Source: Acidobacteriota bacterium (lineage in GTDB: Bacteria > Acidobacteriota > UBA6911). From it: a DNA stretch of 64,000 nt. The stretch lies in contig OY761556.1 of the NCBI GenBank assembly GCA_963664705.1, positions 1,568,001-1,632,000 of the forward strand, given 5' to 3'. This document shows positions 51,874 to 60,938 of the stretch, in pieces. The first letter of the stretch is position 1. Each line of letters opens with the position of its first letter. A model generated the notes under the pieces. The model saw nothing but the letters and a program-made list of their open reading frames with translations. It ran no database searches and was not told the origin of the DNA. Both the position numbers and the translations under genes were made by a program.

Positions 51874-52809
51874 ATGAAAACGATTTTAAGTTCAATCCGG
51901 TCTTTAAACCAGAATCCTATTTTATACAAACATGCCCGGTTTCATGTCATGACCTTCGGGCTGTTTTGCGGTATTGGCTCCTTTTTGTTTGCCCTGGTTT
52001 TCCTTGCATATTTAGCGGTCGCCGGTTATCCCCTGGCCCACCCCATGCTCTTGAGCCTGGCTGGCGCGGTGTGTGTCATCCTGGGGGCCAGGCTGCTTGC
52101 GCTCGTGGCGCTTGGGAGGAACCTGTTTGACAAACCCATGCATTTTTTGGGGAAGACGGCATTTTTTAACCAGGGAGGCATAATCGGAGGCTGCCTTTTC
52201 TGCTTTCTGATCTATAAATTCGAACACATTCCTCTTTGGATTGCTTTCGATGGACTGTGCCTGGCCGGTACGTGCTGCCTGTTCATTGGGCGACTGGGCT
52301 GTTACAACTACGGGTGCTGTCATGGGCGCGTAACCACTCGTGAAGCGCTCGCGGTTTATTATACGCACCCGGAAAGCAAGGTCATCCGGTTAAATCCAAA
52401 ATTGTGCGGGGCGCCGCTGGTTCCTACTCAGTTCATGATGGCCTCCTTCCATCTGGTCATGGCAGTGGCGATGGTCGTAATGCTCGGTTATGGTTTGCCG
52501 CCGGGTCTGAGTGCCCTCATTTATTTTGTGGCGGATAGCGTGTTCCGAATCATCGTTCAGCACTACCGCTATCATGAGTTTTCCGGGCCGAGGCATTTTC
52601 ATTCCTGGATTGCCGTGGGATTTACATTTGCCGGCATTTGCCTTTTGATCAGTTACCTGAACTATCCTCCTATTCTGCCGGGCGTTAGTTTCCAGCTTCA
52701 ATTAAGTTTGAGCCAGTGGGTCATTTATACAGGAGCTTCGCTTGTGGTCGGGTTGACGGCGTTTGCGTGTTATGGAATTCATGGCAAGGAGATAGGAAGC
52801 ATCTTTTAG
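51874..52809 (+). CDS. Prolipoprotein diacylglyceryl transferase (Lgt) family protein, divergent
   Basis: GARLL, QGGIIGG, GRLGCYNYGCCHG, PTQF and FRIIVQHYR; multiple TM segments. Confidence 0.75.
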   Translation: MKTILSSIRSLNQNPILYKHARFHVMTFGLFCGIGSFLFALVFLAYLAVAGYPLAHPMLLSLAGAVCVILGARLLALVALGRNLFDKPMHFLGKTAFFNQGGIIGGCLFCFLIYKFEHIPLWIAFDGLCLAGTCCLFIGRLGCYNYGCCHGRVTTREALAVYYTHPESKVIRLNPKLCGAPLVPTQFMMASFHLVMAVAMVVMLGYGLPPGLSALIYFVADSVFRIIVQHYRYHEFSGPRHFHSWIAVGFTFAGICLLISYLNYPPILPGVSFQLQLSLSQWVIYTGASLVVGLTAFACYGIHGKEIGSIF

Positions 52810-52826
52810 CGCCTTGAAAAATTTTC

Positions 52827-53699
52827 ATGGTGAGGGATCCAATGCCCCTGCAGGCAATTTGCATTTTTCAACTGATGATGGCTTTCAGTGCCGTTCAGGC
52901 TGCCAATTACGATCCGGCTACTGCGATCGACCGGGCCTTCAATCATCTATACAATTATGATTTCGCGGGTGCGCAGGCAATTCTGGACGAGCATATTCAA
53001 GCGCATCCCGAGGATCCCATGGCCTATTCGGTGCGTGCTGCGGGCATGCTGTTTGCCGAGTTTGATCGACAGAAGATCCTGGAGATGGAATTTTTTGCGG
53101 ATGACGAGAAGGTAACCAACAAACACAGGATTGTTTCGGATCCAAAGATCAGAGAACGAGTTTTTCAAACGACCGCGGAAGCTCGAAAACGAGCCAAGGA
53201 TCGTATGGCAATCCACCCGCAGGATCGGGATGCTCTGATGGCGTTGTGCATGGCCACCGGTATCGAGACGGACTATAGTATCTTAATAGAGAAAAAATAT
53301 TTGCGCAGTTTTTCGCTCTCCAAGGAATCGCAAGGATATGCCCGCACGCTTTTGTCGCTGAATCCTCCGGCCTATGATGCTTATTTGACCCTTGGCTCGG
53401 TTGAATACACGGTTGGCAGCATGAACTGGTTCTTCAAGCTGTTTGTTCATTTCGATCAGATCGAGGGCAACAAACGGAAGGGGATTGAAAACCTGGAAAA
53501 GGTGGCGGTAGGGGGGCATTATTACCGGCCGTTTGCCAAAATGCTGCTTGCGGTGATTCATCTCAGGGAAAATCAGCCGCAGAAATCCCTGCAGTATTTG
53601 CATGAACTGGTTGCGGAATTCCCCCAGAACCCGCTGGCCCCGGAGCAGATTGCCAGGATCACCGAGAAGATCAACCGGTCCAGAAAACCTGGTAAATAA
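52827..53699 (+). CDS. Secreted TPR-like helical protein
   Basis: Signal-like N-terminus; helical repeats (YDAYLTLG, EFPQNPL). Confidence 0.7.
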   Translation: MVRDPMPLQAICIFQLMMAFSAVQAANYDPATAIDRAFNHLYNYDFAGAQAILDEHIQAHPEDPMAYSVRAAGMLFAEFDRQKILEMEFFADDEKVTNKHRIVSDPKIRERVFQTTAEARKRAKDRMAIHPQDRDALMALCMATGIETDYSILIEKKYLRSFSLSKESQGYARTLLSLNPPAYDAYLTLGSVEYTVGSMNWFFKLFVHFDQIEGNKRKGIENLEKVAVGGHYYRPFAKMLLAVIHLRENQPQKSLQYLHELVAEFPQNPLAPEQIARITEKINRSRKPGK

Positions 53700-53778
53700 T
53701 TAATCCCGCATGCAGAATCCGGCGAAATGGGGCAGCCTACGCAGCACAACGCTGCCCAAATTTCGCCAATCATCGTTA

Positions 53779-55176
53779 TTAGTCTTCCGGGCGCTCTCCC
53801 TCCGGAGCCATTTTGACCAGTTTGGGGTCAAACCGGGCAATAATTTCCACTAGGTCCGATTGAGCATTCATTACCGATTCAATATCCTTGTAACCCATGG
53901 GTACTTCATCCAGGCCGGCTGAAATCAGGACAACATCATGTTCGGCCAGAAACTTTTTCCCATCATTCCAGGTATAGCTGTTTTTGGTCATGGTGCGGCT
54001 CAATCGGCGACCTGCGCCGTGGGATGCGGAGTTCATGGATTCCGAAACTCCTTTTCCCCGGACGACATATCCGGGAGTCGCCATCGATCCCGGAATGATG
54101 CCAATCGTGCCTTTGCCGGCCGGCGTCGCCCCCTTTCTGTGGACAATGAGATCCTCTCCGAAGTGGTTTTCCTTCCAGGCAAAATTGTGGTGATTCTCGA
54201 TATCGAGGAGAACCTTCGCTCCCAGCAACCTGGCGATATCCCTGTGGATCAGGGAGTGGTTGGCGGCTGCATATCTTCCCATGAGCTCCATGGTCTGCCA
54301 ATACTCCTGACCGGCTTCACTCTCCAGGGCCAACCAGGCCAGGTGGGTCAGTTCTTTGGGAAGCTCAGGGTGAAGCCTCATTGCCAGCCGGCTGTAGTAG
54401 GTGGCCACATTTCCACCTGTACCGCGGCTGCCGCTGTGGCTCAAGAGCGCGAAATGGGTTCCGTTCTTCAAGCCCAACTCATCACGGTCCAGCGTCAAAG
54501 TGCCGAATTCGACAAAGTGATTGCCGGAACCGCTGGATCCCAGCTGATGGGCGGCCTTGTCTCGGTTTTGTCGGAGAATATCACTGAATGACCAGTCCTC
54601 CTCCATCACGGGGTGCTCTTTTCGCTTTCGGAATCCTCCTCCAACTCCAAAGGAAGTTGCCTGTTCGATGACGTTCCGGAGGCGTCCTTCTTCGCCGCGG
54701 ATTGCGGAAACAGGAAGGTCCAGAACGGTCAGCTTCATTCGACAGGCAATGTCCATTCCCACGGCATAGGGAATGACGGCATTGCGCGTCGCCAGGACTC
54801 CTCCAATAGGCAGACCATATCCGACATGGGCATCGGGCATCAGCGCCCCTGCGATGGAGACAGGAAGATTGCAGGCATTTTCCATCTGTCTTATCGATTC
54901 CATGTCCATATCGGATCCCCACCGCCGATAGGGCGCCGGCTCGGTTCGCGGCAGGAATTTGGACCGCGCGGTTTCCGATTCGATAAGAGAAGCGGCCAAA
55001 GCCGACCAGACCGGGTCGTCCAGGTGGGATTGGGGATTCCGTGCGATAGCCTTCATCCTCTCTCTTGCCGATTCCCGCGAAGCTCCGCCCTTCAGGACTT
55101 CCTTTATAATCTCGATCGCCAATTTGACGGGCTTTCCTTTTGGGATGCCCAGATTTTGTATCTCTCTCGATTTCAC
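53779..55176 (-). CDS. rtcB: RNA ligase RtcB (with ~85-aa N-terminal extension)
   Basis: MPDAHVGYGLPIG, VGMDIAC, GSGNHFVE, HSGSRG, NHHN, HRKGAT, SHGAGR and DEVPMGYK. Confidence 0.97.
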   Translation of the reverse strand: MKSREIQNLGIPKGKPVKLAIEIIKEVLKGGASRESARERMKAIARNPQSHLDDPVWSALAASLIESETARSKFLPRTEPAPYRRWGSDMDMESIRQMENACNLPVSIAGALMPDAHVGYGLPIGGVLATRNAVIPYAVGMDIACRMKLTVLDLPVSAIRGEEGRLRNVIEQATSFGVGGGFRKRKEHPVMEEDWSFSDILRQNRDKAAHQLGSSGSGNHFVEFGTLTLDRDELGLKNGTHFALLSHSGSRGTGGNVATYYSRLAMRLHPELPKELTHLAWLALESEAGQEYWQTMELMGRYAAANHSLIHRDIARLLGAKVLLDIENHHNFAWKENHFGEDLIVHRKGATPAGKGTIGIIPGSMATPGYVVRGKGVSESMNSASHGAGRRLSRTMTKNSYTWNDGKKFLAEHDVVLISAGLDEVPMGYKDIESVMNAQSDLVEIIARFDPKLVKMAPEGERPED

Positions 55177-55191
55177 CGCAGTGCTCCATTT

Positions 55192-56214
55192 TTATTTTGG
55201 GCTGATATCAACGCTCCAGATAAGACGATCCAGCTTTGCTGTCGCGATCTCCACATCCAGAAACTTTTTGATCACTTCGATGTTTGTTAGGGAATGACGG
55301 CTCAACGGGACGGTCCTGAATGATCCGCCGCCCGCCAATGCCATCGGAACCATTAACTGATCGGCTAAATGCCTTCCGACAGGAACTCCGGACGACAGAT
55401 ACTCTCTCACTTCGTCGCTGAGAAGCGTGGCCACACGATGGGCCGGGATGCCTCGTTCTCCGAAGCCGGTAAAGACCTCTGTGGCATTTTGGCTTTCAAT
55501 CCGGCAACTCAATATATTCCCCGGACCCCGTGAATCCCGGATCTCCAGCACCTTGAAGCATTCCTCTCCCCAGGCAAACTTGGATTTGAGAATACCGATT
55601 TCGGTCTCGGCAATTTGCTTCGGTATCTGGGAAACCATGCCGACCGCTTCCTTTCGCAAAATCGGTCCTCTTTCCGTCAGGTCCACCCGTGCAAGCTTCT
55701 GCACCGGCTCAATTGTAATTGTAAGCTTTCCTCCGCCTGCCGGATAGAATCCGTGGCGCTCCAGGCGGGATTCCAACACGGGTCCCATACGATTCAGGAT
55801 CGGAATAAATGCCTGTGCCAGGAACTCATAGGGTGGTGCATATTGATTGTGCGTGCCCCCCTCGAGGACAATTGCCGATTTCGACTTTGCTGTCAGGAGC
55901 GCGGGTAACACGGTCTGCAAAACGAGCGTTGTACTTCCCGCCGTACCGATTGCCCAATGGTAGGAGCCGCCGTTTATCATCCCTGGGACAAAAGAAAGCC
56001 GCCCGGAGCCGATCTCTGCGCCTTCCACCTGTGCCCGGCTGATTTCTGTGGCGGCATTCACAGCCGTAAGATGCTGCCGAAGAAGCCCCGGTTTTTCCCG
56101 TTTAGATCGGATGTGTTCGATTCTGAAAGGCTTGCCCGTTACCAGGGACAATGCCAGTGAACTCCGCAGAATCTGCCCTCCGCCTTCTCCCAACGAACCA
56201 TCAATCGTAATCAT
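55192..56214 (-). CDS. rtcA: RNA 3'-terminal phosphate cyclase RtcA
   Basis: IDGSLGEGGGQILR, PGLLRQHL, LEGGTHN, GFYPAGGG, HLADQL and SRHSLTN. Confidence 0.97.
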   Translation of the reverse strand: MITIDGSLGEGGGQILRSSLALSLVTGKPFRIEHIRSKREKPGLLRQHLTAVNAATEISRAQVEGAEIGSGRLSFVPGMINGGSYHWAIGTAGSTTLVLQTVLPALLTAKSKSAIVLEGGTHNQYAPPYEFLAQAFIPILNRMGPVLESRLERHGFYPAGGGKLTITIEPVQKLARVDLTERGPILRKEAVGMVSQIPKQIAETEIGILKSKFAWGEECFKVLEIRDSRGPGNILSCRIESQNATEVFTGFGERGIPAHRVATLLSDEVREYLSSGVPVGRHLADQLMVPMALAGGGSFRTVPLSRHSLTNIEVIKKFLDVEIATAKLDRLIWSVDISPK

Positions 56215-56267
56215 CCTGGCACCTGTCCGGGGCGTGCGGCACCATCGAACGTGCCGCACGCCAGTGT

Positions 56268-57374
56268 CTAAAGCATGTTAATGACCTGCTCTTTTAGTCC
56301 TTTATCTCCGAGAATGACCTTGAGTTTTGAGCTGCCGGCCACCTTCTCCAGAACTTCCAGTTCCCGAAGCCTCATCAGCGACGGATTTTCTTCAATCAGC
56401 CTCGCTGAATTCAGCTGACTTCGAATCGCTGCAAGCTCCTCTCTCCGGGAGATGAGATTGGCTTCCGATGCCTTTTTCGCTTCAATAACCTTATTCAACA
56501 GCATCTTCATATCGCCCGGGAGAATGATATCCCGAATCCCGAGACCAATGATTGCCACCCCGAAAGCATTGGCCCGCTGCCGGACCATGGATTCCAGTTC
56601 GCCCGCGACGGCCGACTTGTCCGCCAGAAGCGAATCCAAATCCCTGGTTCCAATCACCGCGCGCAACGCAAGCTGTGCTTCCCGGTACAAGACCTGGCTG
56701 ATGTCGTTGACGGTCTCCACTGCTTTGCGCGCATCCGTAACCTGGTACGTCATGAGCGCATTCAAACGCAGCGAAACCTTGTCGGAAGTCATTATTTCCT
56801 GGCCCCCGATGTCCAGAACCGTCTCGCGGGTGTCGATCGGATATAGTTTAACCTTACCCGATTTATTCCAGAACGAATACTGTCCGGGCGGCAGAATCCT
56901 GGCGTATTCTCCATCCTTGAAATAGACGCCGACATAACCGTCCTCGATGGAAAAAGGAGTCAGTGCTTTGTCCGCCTCCCGCGACTTCAGGATGACATCA
57001 AGATCCCTGTGATTGAACAAAGTGGATCGGGCGTCGACAATCTCCGTATCGATTTTGCGAAAACCCGTCCAGAGCGCGTACTGGCCCGGAGTCAGAACGC
57101 GATCAAACCGGCCGTCAATCCAGACAAGAGCGCGTTCCTGATCTTTCAGATCCAGAATAATCGCTCCCTTATCCAGGGCTTCGGATTTGATGATCAAATC
57201 GAGATCCTTATGCTCCAGCCAGGGATCGCGCCCAGACACGGTTTCCACGCGGACTTTATTCAGGGGATCCAGGAACCAGTATTTGCCGGGGGCAAGGATC
57301 TTTTGGAACTCTCCATCCTCAAAAAGAAGTCCCTTCTCATAAGAGCGAATTTTGATTCTGCTGAGAAGCCACAT
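56268..57374 (-). CDS. Slipin/SPFH (Band-7) family protein
   Basis: Repeated GLLFxDG...ILxPGxY units; QEIMTSDKVSLRLN, IRDIILPG and LMRLRELEVLEK; GGGAGG RBS. Confidence 0.92.
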   Translation of the reverse strand: MWLLSRIKIRSYEKGLLFEDGEFQKILAPGKYWFLDPLNKVRVETVSGRDPWLEHKDLDLIIKSEALDKGAIILDLKDQERALVWIDGRFDRVLTPGQYALWTGFRKIDTEIVDARSTLFNHRDLDVILKSREADKALTPFSIEDGYVGVYFKDGEYARILPPGQYSFWNKSGKVKLYPIDTRETVLDIGGQEIMTSDKVSLRLNALMTYQVTDARKAVETVNDISQVLYREAQLALRAVIGTRDLDSLLADKSAVAGELESMVRQRANAFGVAIIGLGIRDIILPGDMKMLLNKVIEAKKASEANLISRREELAAIRSQLNSARLIEENPSLMRLRELEVLEKVAGSSKLKVILGDKGLKEQVINML

Positions 57375-57400
57375 GATTTACCTCCCGTTTTGATGGGGCC

Positions 57401-57628
57401 CGCTGAAGGAAACGCCGATCGATCACACGACGGACGCGGAGTTTTGCGGGAGCATCCGTTCGCTATAGCCATCCGGTCGGCCGTTACCGCGTGCCGTCTG
57501 AATACATCGCACTGGATGCCGCATCCGTGAAACCACAGGGCGCCCTGGGTGAGTGCCCGCGAGCATTGACGACAGGACAACCGCCGTCTTCGCTCCGGGG
57601 CCGATCAATCAGGCATTTCTTTTCAGCG
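57401..57628 (-). ncRNA. Putative structured RNA domain in the rtc leader (3' domain)
   Basis: On the minus strand CGCTGAAAAGAAATGCCTGATTGATC pairs with GATCGATCGGCGTTTCCTTCAGCG, enclosing hairpins GACGGCGG/CCTGTCGTC, CAGGGCGCCCTG and GGATG-CGG-CATCC. Confidence 0.5.
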
Positions 57629-57651
57629 AGCCGTTTTGTTGTGTCCACCAT

Positions 57652-57721
57652 AAAGTGGTGCAGGATTCGAACCTGCGTCCGACGGGGTGATCCCGTTGCT
57701 CTGCCACTGAGCTAACCAGCG
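57652..57721 (-). ncRNA. Degenerate tRNA-like RNA associated with the Band-7/RtcB operon
   Basis: Minus strand GCTGGT-TA-GCTC-AGTGGCA-GAGC-A-ACGGG-ATCAC-CCCGT-CGGAC-GCAGG-TTCGAAT-CCTGC-ACCAC: canonical D and T arms, a 5-nt anticodon loop and only a ~4-bp acceptor stem. Confidence 0.8.
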
Positions 57722-57844
57722 TCAAACAGTCGCTTCGTTACAACCCATGGAAGGAACGCGCGGCACTGAAACCTGTGTCTTGCCGAATATACCAGGCGTA
57801 GCCGCCCGCCTTTGGCCCGCTTCTGTTGACGACGGAATAACCTA

Positions 57845-57861
57845 TTGCAACGATCGTGCCA
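57845..57861 (-). promoter_or_regulatory. Sigma54 -24/-12 promoter of the SPFH-rtcA-rtcB operon
   Basis: Minus strand TGGCACGATCGTTGCAA matches TGGCAC-N5-TTGC, divergent from rtcR. Confidence 0.92.
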
Positions 57862-57966
57862 AAAGTTCCTGCCTGTCAGGATAAAATATAAGTGTAATAA
57901 AATGAATAAGATGCATAAAAAGCAAAAATTGGTATTAAGGAAGGCAGGTTGGTCTGTCGGTAAAAG

Positions 57967-57992
57967 GCTATTTATAAATATAAATAAATAGC
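57967..57992. promoter_or_regulatory. Candidate RtcR upstream activator sequence
   Basis: GCTATTTAT-N8-ATAAATAGC inverted repeat ~105-130 bp upstream of the sigma54 site, in AT-rich DNA. Confidence 0.45.
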
Positions 57993-58007
57993 TTATAAGA
58001 TAAAAAT

Positions 58008-59594
58008 ATGAAAAGAGTGGTGATAGGCCTGTTAGGAACGAAGCTGGATGCAGGGAAACGTGCGGACCGATGGAATCACTGGCGGCCTTCCGTCAGCCTT
58101 TGTCAGCATGAGGATCTGTTGATCCATCGCTTCGAGTTTTTATATCCGCAGAAGTATCTATCTCTCGCGGAAACCGTGCGCGACGATATCCGGAGTGTTT
58201 CTCCGGAAACGGAGGTGATTCTTCGGCCGGCGGATTTTGCCAGGCCCTGGGATTTTGAAGAGGTTTACGGGACGCTACATGATTTTTCGCGGGAATATCA
58301 TTTTGAGCCGGATGGTGAAGAGTATCTCGTTCATATCACCACGGGAACGCATGTGGCGCAGATCTGTCTGTTTCTGTTGACGGAGGCACGCTATATTCCC
58401 GGCAAGCTGATCCAGACCGGGCCGCCCAAAAGGGAAGGGAAGCAGGATCCCGGCTTTTTCGATATCATCGATCTGGATCTTTCCCGTTACGATCGGATTG
58501 CCACGCGGGTCAAGCAGGAGCTTCAAAACGATATTTCCTATCTCAAATCGGGGATTGAAACCTGCAATGCCGATTTCAACCGGCTCATTGTCCAGATTGA
58601 AAATGTCTCGATGCACTCAACCGAGCCGATTCTCCTGATCGGCCCGACCGGTGCGGGGAAATCCCGCCTGGCGCGGCGCATCTATGAACTGAAAAAATCG
58701 CGAAGTCAGTTGAGCGGCGGGTTTGTCGAGGTGAACTGCGCGACCTTGCGTGGCGATCAGGCCCTGTCGACGCTCTTTGGTCATCGAAAGGGTGCGTTTA
58801 CGGGAGCCAGCCAGGACAGGCAGGGACTGCTGCGCGAAGCGGACAAAGGAATGATCTTCCTGGATGAAATTGGGGAATTGGGCCTGGATGAACAGGCGAT
58901 GCTGCTTCGGGCTATTGAGGAAAAGCACTTCTTCCCGATGGGTTCGGATCGGGAAACCGAGAGCGATTTCCAATTGATCTGCGGAACGAATCTGGATCTT
59001 CAAACCCGCACCCAGGAAGGCAAATTCCGGCAGGACCTGTATGAACGCATCAATCTTTGGACCTTCTATTTTCCGGGACTTCGGGAACGGCGCGAGGATA
59101 TCCGGCCGAACATCCAATACGAATTGGAGCAGTTTGCCAGGAAGCAGGGAACGCTTGTCCGTTTTAATAAGGAAGCACAGGAAGATTTTCTGAATTTTGC
59201 GATGTCCGATGAAGCGAAGTGGACCGCGAATTTCCGGGATCTCAATAATGCGATTATTCGAATGGCTACCCTGGCGCCCGGAGGCAGGATTACGCGTGAG
59301 GTGGTCGAGGAAGAATTGGGACGGCTTCGACGGAAATGGAATAAGGAAGGCCATAGCGGAATACTGGAACAGTTGCTGGGGGCGGAGCGGATCGCGAGTC
59401 TGGATTTGTTTGATCGTATTCAGTTGACGGAGGTTTTGCAGATCTGTTCGACTGCGAGAAATCTGTCGGATGCCGGTAGAATTCTCTTTTCCGTTTCACG
59501 CCAAAACAGGAAAATCTTCAATGATGCGGATCGACTCAAAAAATATCTTGCCCGATTCGGTCTGCAATGGAGCGATTTGGACGTTGGACGTTGA
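58008..59594 (+). CDS. rtcR: RNA repair transcriptional activator RtcR (CARF + sigma54 AAA+)
   Basis: WRPSVSLCQH, PWDFEEVY, HITTGTHVAQIC, GPTGAGKS, GAFTGA, FLDEIGE and NDADRLKKYL. Confidence 0.97.
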   Translation: MKRVVIGLLGTKLDAGKRADRWNHWRPSVSLCQHEDLLIHRFEFLYPQKYLSLAETVRDDIRSVSPETEVILRPADFARPWDFEEVYGTLHDFSREYHFEPDGEEYLVHITTGTHVAQICLFLLTEARYIPGKLIQTGPPKREGKQDPGFFDIIDLDLSRYDRIATRVKQELQNDISYLKSGIETCNADFNRLIVQIENVSMHSTEPILLIGPTGAGKSRLARRIYELKKSRSQLSGGFVEVNCATLRGDQALSTLFGHRKGAFTGASQDRQGLLREADKGMIFLDEIGELGLDEQAMLLRAIEEKHFFPMGSDRETESDFQLICGTNLDLQTRTQEGKFRQDLYERINLWTFYFPGLRERREDIRPNIQYELEQFARKQGTLVRFNKEAQEDFLNFAMSDEAKWTANFRDLNNAIIRMATLAPGGRITREVVEEELGRLRRKWNKEGHSGILEQLLGAERIASLDLFDRIQLTEVLQICSTARNLSDAGRILFSVSRQNRKIFNDADRLKKYLARFGLQWSDLDVGR

Positions 59595-59613
59595 ACGTTG
59601 GACGTTGGAACGT
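59577..59613 (+). repeat. Tandem heptamer repeat (TTGGACG)x~5
   Basis: TTGGACG TTGGACG TTGAACG TTGGACG TTGGAACG, overlapping the rtcR stop. Confidence 0.85.
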
Positions 59614-59628
59614 GGAATAACGGAGGGA

Positions 59629-60369
59629 ATGATGGATCTGAAGTTGAAGGATAAGGTGGCACTGGTGACCGGAACCGGCAGCCAGACGGGATATGGCAGA
59701 AATATTGCCGTAACACTTGCCAGGGAGGGGTGTCCCATAATTTCCGCAGACCTCGACTTTGATGGAGCGAAGCGGACCGCGTCCGAAGTAGAGTCCTTGG
59801 GCGTGAAGGCACTGCCTATCAGAGTTGATGTGACGAATCGGAAAGAGGTGGATGCCATGGTGCAGGCATCCATCCATTTGTTTGGAAGGATTGATATTCT
59901 CGTCAACAATGCGGGCGCCAGCAGCCGCGAAAAGCCCTTTATGGAGATGACAAAGGCAGACTGGGACATCGATATTAATGTGAACCTGATAGGCCAGATG
60001 AATGTTGCTCAAGCTGTGATTCCGTTCATGATTTCACGAGATTATGGAAGGATCATCAACACGACGGGCGGGCGAGGGATCCCGGGCATTTCTGTTTATG
60101 GCGCCGCGAAAGCAGGGATTGTCGCGTGGACACATGCGCTGGCGGCTGAAGTGGCCCCCTTCGGCATCATCGTCAATGGAATTGCACCGGGCTTGGGCAA
60201 TACGGGGCTTACGCAAAATGCTCCGCCGGAGTTCAAAGAACCGAATATCCAGCGCTCCATGATCAAACGGCTTTGCCGACCCGAGGATGTCGGTCCTGCA
60301 GTCGCCTTCCTCGCCTCAGATATCTGCAGCTATATGGCGGGGCAGTTCATCGAACTGAGCACATTTTAG
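59629..60369 (+). CDS. Short-chain dehydrogenase/reductase (FabG-like)
   Basis: VALVTGTG...GYG, LVNNAG, YGAAK and NGIAPG; GGAGGG RBS. Confidence 0.92.
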   Translation: MMDLKLKDKVALVTGTGSQTGYGRNIAVTLAREGCPIISADLDFDGAKRTASEVESLGVKALPIRVDVTNRKEVDAMVQASIHLFGRIDILVNNAGASSREKPFMEMTKADWDIDINVNLIGQMNVAQAVIPFMISRDYGRIINTTGGRGIPGISVYGAAKAGIVAWTHALAAEVAPFGIIVNGIAPGLGNTGLTQNAPPEFKEPNIQRSMIKRLCRPEDVGPAVAFLASDICSYMAGQFIELSTF

Positions 60370-60375
60370 ATATCA

Positions 60376-60418
60376 TTCAACGTCCAACGTCCAACGTCCA
60401 ACGTTCAACGTTGGACGT
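60376..60418 (-). repeat. Inverted tandem heptamer repeat (CGTCCAA)x~4
   Basis: Reverse complement of the 59577-59613 repeat. Confidence 0.85.
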
Positions 60419-60434
60419 ATAACGTTTGCAGCCG

Positions 60435-60938
60435 CTACTGTGCTATAGGAGCATTCAGGCATTCCGTTGCCAGCTTCGCCAAAGCCTCGCTTCTGCGCTG
60501 GGCCCAGATTTCGAAAACGTCCGCGGGAAGGGATTCTGTCCAATACTCAATTTTGTGGATTAGAATCGTTCCCGCTTCATCGATGGTCAGATGGTAATGT
60601 GCGCTTGCCTGGATTGGAGACCATTGCTTGCCGGTGGGGCCATCGTGGAACTGAATTTCGAACTGCACGGCTACAATCCGTTGCCGCAGATCAATGACAT
60701 AGCATTTGGGGAATATGTCCTCCTGCAAACCCGGGTGGATAAATGATACCAGGAGCGCATCACGCGTCATCACCAGAGGTGTTTGAGATGGCGCGGTATG
60801 CATGGTGAGTTGCAGGTTCGCGGCGAAGAATCGCTTGAGTTTCGGCACTGTCTCCAAATTGCCCTGGTACCGGCACACCTGCTCAAAGTAAACATCGAAC
60901 CAGCCTGCCACTGTCTCATAAGTCAATTCAATTGCCAT
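60435..60938 (-). CDS. Hypothetical NTF2/SnoaL-like protein
   Basis: An N-terminal helix, then beta strands ending IHKIEYW, which is NTF2-like. Confidence 0.6.
   Translation of the reverse strand: MAIELTYETVAGWFDVYFEQVCRYQGNLETVPKLKRFFAANLQLTMHTAPSQTPLVMTRDALLVSFIHPGLQEDIFPKCYVIDLRQRIVAVQFEIQFHDGPTGKQWSPIQASAHYHLTIDEAGTILIHKIEYWTESLPADVFEIWAQRRSEALAKLATECLNAPIAQ

Noticed and set aside
57652-57721. tRNA-Sec or opal suppressor (the loop can be drawn as GA-TCA-CC, and a UGA selenoprotein is nearby)
   Set aside because: There is no long variable arm, no extended acceptor stem, and no U33 or purine 37. The TCA is probably coincidental and the rtc context explains the element.
57380-57840. YrlA Y RNA with Ro60/Rsr
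   Set aside because: No TROVE/Rsr gene is in the window, and the arms run in ordinary tRNA order (D, anticodon, T). A covariance search would be needed to exclude it fully.
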